Shown here piece after piece: positions 38,431-44,890 of a stretch of DNA of 44,890 bases (position 1 is the first letter of the stretch; each line of letters begins with the position of its first letter). Made by a program: the position numbers and the translations under genes. The DNA lies in the NCBI GenBank assembly GCA_036498605.1, contig DASYFF010000096.1:1-44890 (forward strand). Reading direction: 5' to 3'. The notes below the pieces were generated by a model. The model was not told the origin of the DNA, did no database searches, and saw nothing but the letters and a program-made list of their open reading frames with translations. This DNA is from Acidimicrobiia bacterium. GTDB lineage: Bacteria; Actinomycetota; Acidimicrobiia; IMCC26256; BP-133.

Positions 38431-39794
38431 GACTGTGACTCCTCCTCGGGCTCCTCCGCCGGGGCTTCCGGAGCAGGCTCTGGGAACGAAATATCGAGAG
38501 GCTTCCCCTCCTCGTCGACCACGGTGGCGTGGTCCACCAGGAACTGCAGGGCCTTCCCTCGGGACAATTCAGAGCGTACCGCCTGGAGACCCTGGCCGCG
38601 TTCGATCTCTTTCCTCAGCTGGGCCGGTTTGCGCCCACTTCTCTCAGCCACCCGTGTGATTTCCGCCTCGACTTCCTCGTCGCCGGCGGTGATGTCCTCG
38701 GCGGTCACCACGGCCCGCAGGGCCAGGTCGGCCTTGACCGCCTTGGTCGACTCCAGCCGGACGTCGGCGATGAGCTGGTCCTGGGTGACCCCCGTCGCCA
38801 TCAGGTACTGCTCGACGCTCGCCCCCTGCTCCTCGAGCCGGTGGAGGATGTTGTGGAGCCGGCGCTCCATCTCCTGCTGGATGAGCGGCTCGGGGATGTC
38901 GATGGCCACCTTGGCCCCGACGGCCGACAGCACCTTCTCCCGCACCGCCATGTTGGCCTGGATCAGCCGCACGCTCTCCATCCGCTTGCGGATGTCGGCC
39001 CGCAGGTCGGCCAGGCTGTCGAACTCGCTGGCCTCCTGGACCCACTCGTCGTTGGCCTCGGGCAGGACCTTCTTCTTGGTCTCCTTGACGAGGACCTGGA
39101 AGGCGACCTCCTCGCCGGCCCGCTCCCCCCACTGGGCGGGGAGCTCGTCGTTGAACTTGAGCATGTCGCCCGGGCGCTTCCCCTCCAGCTCCTCGTCCAG
39201 CTTGGGGACGACGAGCTTGGAGCCGACCTCGTAGAGGAAGTCGCTGACGGTGAGGCCGGGGACCTCCTCGTCGTGGATGTAGCCCTTGATGTTGAGCTGG
39301 GCGTAGTCGCCGGCGGCCAGGGGGCTCGTCGACTCCTCGAGGTCGGCGAAGCGCTCCCGCAGGTTGTCGACCTGGACGTCGATCTCGGGGTCGAGGACGG
39401 ACGGGTCCTCGATGGTGATCTGGAGGGAGTCGTAGCCCTGGATCTCGACCTGGGGCCGGACCTCGACGACGGCGTCGAACTCGACGTCGCCTTCCTCCTG
39501 CCCGGCCGTGATCTCGAACTCCGGCGGGGCGATGGTGTCGAGCTCTTCCGCCTCGACGGCCTTGAGGTAGTAGTCCGGCACTGCGTCTCGAATGGCCTGC
39601 TCCCGGGCCACCTCGGTCCCGAGATGGGTCTCGAGGAGCCGGCGGGGGGCCTTTCCGGGCCGGAATCCGGGGATGCGCACCTCCCGGGCCAGCTTCCGGA
39701 ACGCGGCGTCGATGGCCGTCTCGAACTCGCTGGCAGGGACGTTGACCCGCAGGCGGACCTTGTTGCCCTCCAGCGCTTCGACAGTGGTCTCCAT
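38427..39794 (-). CDS. tig: Trigger factor
   Basis: 455 aa. [20 protein letters not shown]..., [13 protein letters not shown] ribosome-binding signature, acidic C-terminal tail. Confidence 0.95.
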   Translation of the reverse strand: METTVEALEGNKVRLRVNVPASEFETAIDAAFRKLAREVRIPGFRPGKAPRRLLETHLGTEVAREQAIRDAVPDYYLKAVEAEELDTIAPPEFEITAGQEEGDVEFDAVVEVRPQVEIQGYDSLQITIEDPSVLDPEIDVQVDNLRERFADLEESTSPLAAGDYAQLNIKGYIHDEEVPGLTVSDFLYEVGSKLVVPKLDEELEGKRPGDMLKFNDELPAQWGERAGEEVAFQVLVKETKKKVLPEANDEWVQEASEFDSLADLRADIRKRMESVRLIQANMAVREKVLSAVGAKVAIDIPEPLIQQEMERRLHNILHRLEEQGASVEQYLMATGVTQDQLIADVRLESTKAVKADLALRAVVTAEDITAGDEEVEAEITRVAERSGRKPAQLRKEIERGQGLQAVRSELSRGKALQFLVDHATVVDEEGKPLDISFPEPAPEAPAEEPEEESQS

Positions 39795-39814
39795 GAGGTC
39801 GGGAAGTGTAACAG

Positions 39815-39832
39815 CGGGGTCCCGAAACCCCG
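39815..39832 (-). terminator. Short hairpin between the P450 stop and the tig start (weak terminator or leader structure)
   Basis: cggggt-cccgaa-accccg: 6-bp stem. It sits 9 nt after the P450 stop and 20 nt before the tig ATG. Confidence 0.3.
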
Positions 39833-39840
39833 GTGAGGCC

Positions 39841-41061
39841 TCAGCGGGCGGTGCAGCGCACCGGAAGCGAGTCGAGGCCCCGGATGGCGAGGCCCGGGTT
39901 GCGGACGGGCTCGCCGGCCGGCTCCACGGCCTTGAACCGCTCGACGAGGCCCCGGAGCACGAGCTGGCCCTCCATCCGGGCCAGCCGGGCGCCGAGGCAG
40001 AAGTGGAGGCCCCAGGCGAAGGCCAGGTGGAGGTTGTCGGGCCGGCCGACGTCGAAGCGGTCCGGCTCGACGAAGCGGGCCGGGTCCCGGTTGGCGCCGG
40101 CCAGAAGCGTGAGGACGATGTCGCCCGCCCGCAGGCGGTGCCCGTCCACCTCGAGGTCCTCCAGCACGTTGCGGTGGACGAACTGCACCGGCGAGTCGAA
40201 GCGGAGGATCTCCTCCACCGCCGAGGGGGCGAGCTCGGGCTCCTCCCACAGCCGGACCATCTCGTCGGGGTGGTCGAAGAGGGCCACCAGCCCGTTGCCG
40301 ATCAGGTTCGTGGTGGTGAGGAACCCGGCGAAGAAGAGGAGCGTGACAGTGGAGAAGAGTTCGTCCTCGTCGAGGAGACCGTCGTCAGCCTGGGCGATGA
40401 AGTAGGACAGCAGGTCGTCGCCCGGTTCCTTGCGGCGCAGGGCGATCAGGTCGGCGAAGTAGGCGTCGAGCTCGTCGCCGGCCCGCTCCACCTCCGCCCG
40501 GGCCTCGGGCGACCGGTTGAAGGAGTCCGACGACACGAGGGTCTTCATGAGGGGCCGGAACCAGGCCCGGTCCTCCTCGGGGACACCGACCATCTCGCCG
40601 ACGACGGTGACCGGCATGGGGAAGGCCAGCTCGACCATGAGGTCGGCCTCCCCGAGCTCGGCCAGCCGGTCGAGGCGCTCGGCGACGATGTCCGCCACCC
40701 GGGGCCGCAGCGATTCCATGGTCGGCGGGATGAAAGCCCCCTTGGCCGACCCCCGGAGCCGGGTGTGCTCCGGCGGGTTGGAGGTCAGCATCGACCGCCG
40801 GCGGCGCCGCTGGGCCAGGCGCACCCGCTCGGGGTCGACGCCGTGGCGGGGCACGATGAACTGGGCGTTCTTGCCGACGCGGGCGTCACCGAGGACGTGG
40901 CGGCAGGCCTCGAAGCCCGACACGTACCAGATGTCGTCGAGACCGCTGCGGTGGACGGGCGCCGCCTCCCGCAGACCCTGGTACAGGGGGTAGGGGTCGG
41001 CGTGGCCCTCGGGCGTGGCCATGATCCGGTGGATCAGCTCATCAGGTGTCACGAGTGCCAA
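39841..41061 (-). CDS. Cytochrome P450
   Basis: 406 aa (TTG start on the track; the true start is uncertain). I-helix FFAGFLTTTN, ExxR EEILRFDSP, heme-binding FAWGLHFCLGARLA. Confidence 0.9.
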   Translation of the reverse strand: MALVTPDELIHRIMATPEGHADPYPLYQGLREAAPVHRSGLDDIWYVSGFEACRHVLGDARVGKNAQFIVPRHGVDPERVRLAQRRRRRSMLTSNPPEHTRLRGSAKGAFIPPTMESLRPRVADIVAERLDRLAELGEADLMVELAFPMPVTVVGEMVGVPEEDRAWFRPLMKTLVSSDSFNRSPEARAEVERAGDELDAYFADLIALRRKEPGDDLLSYFIAQADDGLLDEDELFSTVTLLFFAGFLTTTNLIGNGLVALFDHPDEMVRLWEEPELAPSAVEEILRFDSPVQFVHRNVLEDLEVDGHRLRAGDIVLTLLAGANRDPARFVEPDRFDVGRPDNLHLAFAWGLHFCLGARLARMEGQLVLRGLVERFKAVEPAGEPVRNPGLAIRGLDSLPVRCTAR

Positions 41062-41110
41062 TTCTTCACTCAGTGACGCAAATAAGGCAAGTGCTTACAG
41101 ACGCGACGAA

Positions 41111-41137
41111 CGGCCGGGGCCCGCGGGCACCCGGCCG
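41111..41137 (-). terminator. GC-rich hairpin downstream of the beta-solenoid gene
   Basis: cggccggggcccgcgggcacccggccg: outer 8-bp stem CGGCCGGG/CCCGGCCG with additional inner pairing. On the minus strand it is followed by a relatively T-rich stretch (ttcgtcgcgtctgtaagcacttgccttatttgcg). Confidence 0.45.
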
Positions 41138-41159
41138 CTCGCTTTGGCTCAATGGGCAG

Positions 41160-42002
41160 CTACAACCCGGCGCACTGGCCGAGCTTGAGCGCCGCCACGT
41201 TCGGGCCGCCGCCGGCAGCCGGCGGAAGGTTGAACGGCGCCGGGTTGTTCCCGGTGCAGTTGATGATCCCCGTCACGGTGTTGAGGGTGACCAACAGCCC
41301 GTCGGCCGTCCCTCCCGCTCCCCGGGTGTTGTTGGTGACGATGAGGTTCCCGCCGATGACGTTTCTCCCGACGATCATCGACGCCGTCGGATCCGCCGAG
41401 CCGGGGTAGGTGTTGTTCGAGACGATCAGGTTGCCGGCCACCTCAGAGGTGGCGGGGTTGATCTTGTAGTTGTTGTTCGACACGGTCGAGTTCCCGCCGA
41501 CCCTCACGCAGGGGAATCCCGGGCTGGCAGGGGTGAAGGTGAAGCTTCCGCCCACGGGCCCGTTCGTGGTCGTGAGGTTGCCGGCGACATCCAGCGCCGG
41601 GTGCCCGTCCGTCGCCGAGCAGGCGAAGTTGTTGTGCTTGAGGCCGGTGACCGTGAGGTTCCCCTCGACGACGACCCCGCCTTGGTTATCCAGCGTGTCG
41701 CTGTTCGTGCTGGTGGCATTGCCCTTCACGGTGGTGTTCTTGATGTGGACGATCGCATCCGGGCCGACCGTGAGGTGCCCGGTGATGGTGACGCTGTTCA
41801 GGACGCAGGTCGCACCGGGCGGGACGTTCAGGTCCCCCTGGATGGTGCTGCCGGGGCGCGGCGTCGATCGGCTGGTGCACCCCGCCTGGTGGTGAGGATG
41901 TCGCCCGAACCCACGCCCGTCGGCCGACGAAACCCCGGCGTTGACTACGCCGAGGGTCGCGGCCAGCAGGGTCGCGGACGCGACGAAGGAACGTTTTCTC
42001 AT
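41160..42002 (-). CDS. Secreted Cys-containing beta-solenoid repeat protein, hypothetical
   Basis: Track ORF 41160..42065; preferred start is ATG 42002 (MRKRSFVASATLLAATLGVVNAGVSSA signal peptide). Degenerate repeats GNLTVTG / AGNLTTTNG / GGNSTVSNNN / AGNLIVSNNT / GGNLIVTNNT / VTGIINCTGNN. Six Cys residues. C-terminus ends ...KLGQCAGL. Confidence 0.65.
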   Translation of the reverse strand: MRKRSFVASATLLAATLGVVNAGVSSADGRGFGRHPHHQAGCTSRSTPRPGSTIQGDLNVPPGATCVLNSVTITGHLTVGPDAIVHIKNTTVKGNATSTNSDTLDNQGGVVVEGNLTVTGLKHNNFACSATDGHPALDVAGNLTTTNGPVGGSFTFTPASPGFPCVRVGGNSTVSNNNYKINPATSEVAGNLIVSNNTYPGSADPTASMIVGRNVIGGNLIVTNNTRGAGGTADGLLVTLNTVTGIINCTGNNPAPFNLPPAAGGGPNVAALKLGQCAGL

Positions 42003-42144
42003 TGCCAAGTCTCCCCAGACTGATACGGCCGGCTCGATCGCCGGCGCCGCCAATTCGTTCTCCAATTCGCCTGCGAACCGGGACGTTCCCCCGCAAACCG
42101 GACAAGTCTCGCGAGTCTTCGCGATCTGTTCATCCGGACGCGAC

Positions 42145-42178
42145 GAAGCCCCCGCCGGGCGTGCCGGACGGGGGCTTC
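42145..42178 (-). terminator. Strong terminator-like hairpin after the small hypothetical gene
   Basis: gaagcccccg-ccgggcgtgccgga-cgggggcttc: perfect 10-bp outer stem plus an inner CCGG/CCGG pairing. It starts 35 nt downstream of the stop at 42213. No U-tract. Confidence 0.5.
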
Positions 42179-42212
42179 GGGACGGGCCGTGAGCCGGCCC
42201 GAAAGGGTTGGA

Positions 42213-42608
42213 TCAGGCGGCGTTCTCGTCGGACTCGACCTCGGCCACCTCGGCCTCGGGGGCCTCGGCCGGGCCGTTGACCCGGGTCACGGCCTGCGAC
42301 CAACCGGACTGGGGGTACCGGTTGGCGAGCTCGTTCAGGTCGCGGCGCATGCGGTCGCCGTGGCCGGCCTCGTCGAGCGTGGCCAGCATCCCGAAGAACT
42401 CGTCCGAGGCGACCTTGAAGCGGCGGGTCTTCCCGTCGCGGGGGTCGAGGACGTAGGCGTGCGTGCCGCCACCGAGGGGGACGATGCGGGGAGCGTCAGC
42501 GGCGGCGATGAACTCGGCCTTGCCGCCACCCGTCCGCAGCGACGCCCGGGCCGTCTTCGACTGGGGAGCGTCGTCGCCCTTCTTCTTGACCTTTCCCGCC
42601 ATCTCCAT
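42213..42608 (-). CDS. Hypothetical cytoplasmic protein with Lys-rich N-terminus and acidic C-terminal tail
   Basis: 131 aa, MEMAGKVKKKGDD...THAYVLDPRDGKTRRFKVASDEFFGMLATLDEAGHGDRMRRDLNELANRYPQSGW...AEVAEVESDENAA. AGGAGAG lies upstream; the second ATG (42602) has the better spacing. High GC3. No family recognised. Confidence 0.6.
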   Translation of the reverse strand: MEMAGKVKKKGDDAPQSKTARASLRTGGGKAEFIAAADAPRIVPLGGGTHAYVLDPRDGKTRRFKVASDEFFGMLATLDEAGHGDRMRRDLNELANRYPQSGWSQAVTRVNGPAEAPEAEVAEVESDENAA

Positions 42609-42796
42609 CTCTCCTGTGCTCGGCGGCGCGCGGAGCGCCAGACAAATCGGTCCAAAAGGTGGCGGGAGCTGTCCAGGCGCTGGGCTCGCTCCGAGCCGTG
42701 CTGCAGTTCTGTCCCTTTCTCGGCAGCCTGGCCGCGAGACTTGAGGGACTTCACGGAGCGGCTACGCCAGGGGCAAATGTAGCGGAACGCGCCGCA

Positions 42797-42832
42797 GCGC
42801 CGGCCGCGCCCCCGAAGGGGGTCGGCCGGCGC
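42797..42832 (-). terminator. Terminator-like hairpin immediately after the CHRD gene
   Basis: gcgccggccg-cg-ccccc-gaa-ggggg-t-cggccggcgc: 15 paired positions with a GAA loop. It starts 15 nt downstream of the stop at 42847. No U-tract. Confidence 0.5.
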
Positions 42833-42846
42833 TGTGAACGAGGTTG

Positions 42847-43938
42847 CTAGTACTGGTTGCGGTAGTCGGGGGCGTCGAGCTGGCCCCGCATCGCCTGGCC
42901 GTGGTCCTGGTCGTTGACCTCCAGGTAGTAACCGCTGGGGTTGTTCTGGATCTCGGACAGGAGGCGCGGGTCGGCCGGGACGCAGCCGTCGTCGCCGTTC
43001 TCACCCACGTGGAACAGGACGATCGCCGGACCGACCTCACCCTCGCGGCCGGGGTGGATCTGGGCGCCGATGGCCCGGTCGATCCCGTCGTAGGCCAGCC
43101 GGTAGCAGATCGTGCCGTTGGGGACGTCGATGTCGAGGTTGCCGGTACCGACCGCGCCCTCGGCGGGGGACCCGCCGGCGTGCGGGTCCGGGATCACCTG
43201 GTCCCAGCTCATGTCGACGAGGAAGTGCGACCGGTAGGACCCGTACTCGTACCCACAGGCGTCAGGCCCGTAGTAGTTGTAATTGTCACTGCGGCCGTCG
43301 TAGCCGGGGCTGTAGTAACCGCAGTCGTCGTACCAGCCGGGGCCGTAGTAGCCGTACCGGTAGTAGTGGCGGTGGGTGTCCCAGTCGTGCCGGTGGTGGT
43401 TCCGGTCACGGTTGTGGTCCCAGTCCTTGTTCCACTTGTCGTCGTGCTTGCGGTTCTTCCAGTCGTCGCGGTGCGGGTCGTTGCCCTTCTTGTCGTCGTC
43501 GGCCCGCTTCCAGTCCCGGTCGTCGGTGTCCTTGGCCTTCTTGTCGGCCTTGTTGGCCTTCTTGCCGTTGTCGGCGGCCTGCTTGTTGTCGTGACGCTGC
43601 CGGTCGTCTGACTTCTTGTTGTCGTCGGACTTCTTCGGCGGGTCGGACTTCTTCGGCGGGTCGGACTTCTTGTCGTCCGCCTTCTTGGGCGGGTCGGCCT
43701 TCTTGTCGTCGGCCTTGGTGTTCTTCCCCGCGGCCTGCTTGTTGTCGTCCGCCTTCTTGGCGTCAGCGGCCTTCTTGTCGTCCTTCTTGTCCTTGTCGTC
43801 GTCCTTGGCCTTCTGGGCCGAGTACGCCTTCGCCTCGTGCGTGGCGTCCTGGTCGCCGAAGGCGAAGGTCGGGGCACCGGCAATGAGCAGTGCACCGATG
43901 ACGGATGCGGTGATCGCGGCCCTTCTGCTCCCGATCAT
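42847..43938 (-). CDS. Secreted CHRD domain-containing protein with extreme low-complexity linker regions
   Basis: Track ORF 42847..44016; preferred start is ATG 43938 (MIGSRRAAITASVIGALLIAGAPTFAFG signal peptide), preceded by GGGAGAAAGGGA. C-terminal CHRD pattern: ICYRLAYDGIDRAIGAQIHPGREGEVGPAIVLF...IQNNPSGYYLEVNDQDHGQAMRGQL. Confidence 0.75.
   Translation of the reverse strand: MIGSRRAAITASVIGALLIAGAPTFAFGDQDATHEAKAYSAQKAKDDDKDKKDDKKAADAKKADDNKQAAGKNTKADDKKADPPKKADDKKSDPPKKSDPPKKSDDNKKSDDRQRHDNKQAADNGKKANKADKKAKDTDDRDWKRADDDKKGNDPHRDDWKNRKHDDKWNKDWDHNRDRNHHRHDWDTHRHYYRYGYYGPGWYDDCGYYSPGYDGRSDNYNYYGPDACGYEYGSYRSHFLVDMSWDQVIPDPHAGGSPAEGAVGTGNLDIDVPNGTICYRLAYDGIDRAIGAQIHPGREGEVGPAIVLFHVGENGDDGCVPADPRLLSEIQNNPSGYYLEVNDQDHGQAMRGQLDAPDYRNQY
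43611..43715 (-). repeat. Imperfect tandem repeat (about 21-bp unit) encoding KKSDPP/KKADPP/KKADD units
   Basis: The plus strand reads ...gtcggacttcttcggcgg gtcggacttcttcggcgg gtcggacttcttgtcgtccgccttcttgggcgg gtcggccttcttgtcgtcggcc. The protein reads KKADPPKKADDKKSDPPKKSDPPKKSDDNKKSDD. Confidence 0.8.
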
Positions 43939-44461
43939 GGAATCCCTTTCTCCCACTGGGGTTGCAACCACTTGCTCGATGGGCAACATCACTGGCCACC
44001 CCGGTCGCCCCAGCACGACCGAAGCACGGAGAACTACGGGAGGAACCCAGCCAAAACCTGATGCCTGGAGCTGCGGGGCAGCGCCATCACCTCCGTACCG
44101 CCTCTTGTCCCACCAACCCGAAGGTCTCTATGTCCTGCGTGGCCCAAGATCCGCCGGCGGCCCTTGATCGTCAGCGGTCTCTTACGGCCGCATACTACCC
44201 AGAAATCTGACACTCAGTGCAGATCGGCACTTAACGACATAAGTGCCATCGGGCACGTTCGGTGGGGTTTCAGCCGAAACCGCCCGCTGACCGGTGTTTC
44301 TCTGACGCAGAGCGGTTGTACGTCAGGAGCTCGGCCACGCAGCGTCGGTCGCAGTGACGGAAGGTTCGTCCCTTTTTCTCAGCCTGTTTCTCAGGCGACC
44401 CTCACGCCGAAGCTGTCACACCCCCTGGATATGGTCGCCGGGACACCCTGGGGAGGGGCCC

Positions 44462-44890
44462 ATGTCCGACGACCAACTCTTCGACGATCTCGGCGACCGC
44501 CAGTGCCGCCGGTGCCAGGCGGTGCGGCCGCTCCAGGAGTTCCCCGCCAGCCTCCGGGCCAACGGGACCGTGAAGTTCGGCTCCTACTGCCCGCCCTGCC
44601 AGAAGGCCTATCAACACCAGTGGTACCTCGCGAACCGCGACAAGCACCGGAGACGAAGCGCCGCCCGGAAGGAGGCGCTTCGGGTTGAGCGTCCCGCACC
44701 ACCCGACGCCCGGCCTCTGAGAGAGGCGATCGGTTTCCGCCGACACCCGAACTCACGAGTCCAAGGCGACGCAGGCCTCGGGATCGCCATCGCGTACTTC
44801 TCGCGACTTGGGGTGCGGGTCGGCATCCCGCTCACCGACAGCCAGCCGTACGACCTGCTGATCGACAACCGTGGAGAGCTCTCGCGGGTG
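44462..44890 (+). CDS. Zinc-ribbon plus PD-(D/E)XK (PDDEXK_5, group I intron-associated endonuclease-like) protein, 3' end beyond the window
   Basis: Absent from the ORF track because it runs off the window. Manual translation from ATG 44462 (GGGGAGGGG SD): MSDDQLFDDLGDRQCRRCQAV...GSYCPPCQKAYQHQWYLANRDKHRRRSAARKEA...GDAGLGIAIAYFSRLGVRVGIPLTDSQPYDLLIDNRGELSRV. The last 45 aa match the N-terminal half of the PDDEXK_5 fold as I remember it. There are no stops across the 143 codons. Confidence 0.65.
   Translation, partial: MSDDQLFDDLGDRQCRRCQAVRPLQEFPASLRANGTVKFGSYCPPCQKAYQHQWYLANRDKHRRRSAARKEALRVERPAPPDARPLREAIGFRRHPNSRVQGDAGLGIAIAYFSRLGVRVGIPLTDSQPYDLLIDNRGELSRV

Overview
High-GC (roughly 70%) Actinomycetota-type chromosomal segment; finer taxonomy cannot be determined from the sequence alone. 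Almost all credible genes lie on the minus strand. They follow the conserved actinobacterial order tig-clpP-clpX ... valS-folC-ndk-mreB-mreC-mreD-mrdA-rodA-rne-rplU-rpmA-obg-proB-proA ... nadD-rsfS. Lineage-specific insertions interrupt this backbone: a MoxR/VWA/zinc-ribbon module, a Cas4-like nuclease, two sortase-anchored surface proteins, an Ala/Lys hendecad-repeat protein, and a ClC-CBS channel with an extra C-terminal domain plus MarR. The right end holds an accessory block of secreted proteins followed by a PD-(D/E)XK gene. I call 42 CDS; two are partial at the window edges and absent from the ORF track because they run off the window. I also call one gene remnant, a TPP riboswitch upstream of thiC, several GC-rich terminator-like hairpins, one tentative promoter and three in-gene repeats. 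I recognised no rRNA, tRNA, CRISPR array, transposase or integrase. Many long ORFs on the track are antisense or alternative-frame shadow ORFs typical of high-GC DNA and were rejected. The most noteworthy observations are: (1) the rne frame loses its Zn-link tail through an apparent 1-nt indel and runs in frame into rplU; (2) rsfS has no canonical start codon, but an ACG sits 6 nt after a perfect AAGGAGG; (3) a secreted CHRD-domain protein carries extreme Lys/Asp, His/Trp/Asp and Tyr/Gly low-complexity regions; (4) an Ala/Lys protein with 11-residue periodicity lies downstream of clpX; (5) a ClC-CBS channel is fused to a USP-like domain. All calls come from reading the sequence by eye; coordinates of RNA structures are approximate and no database search was run.
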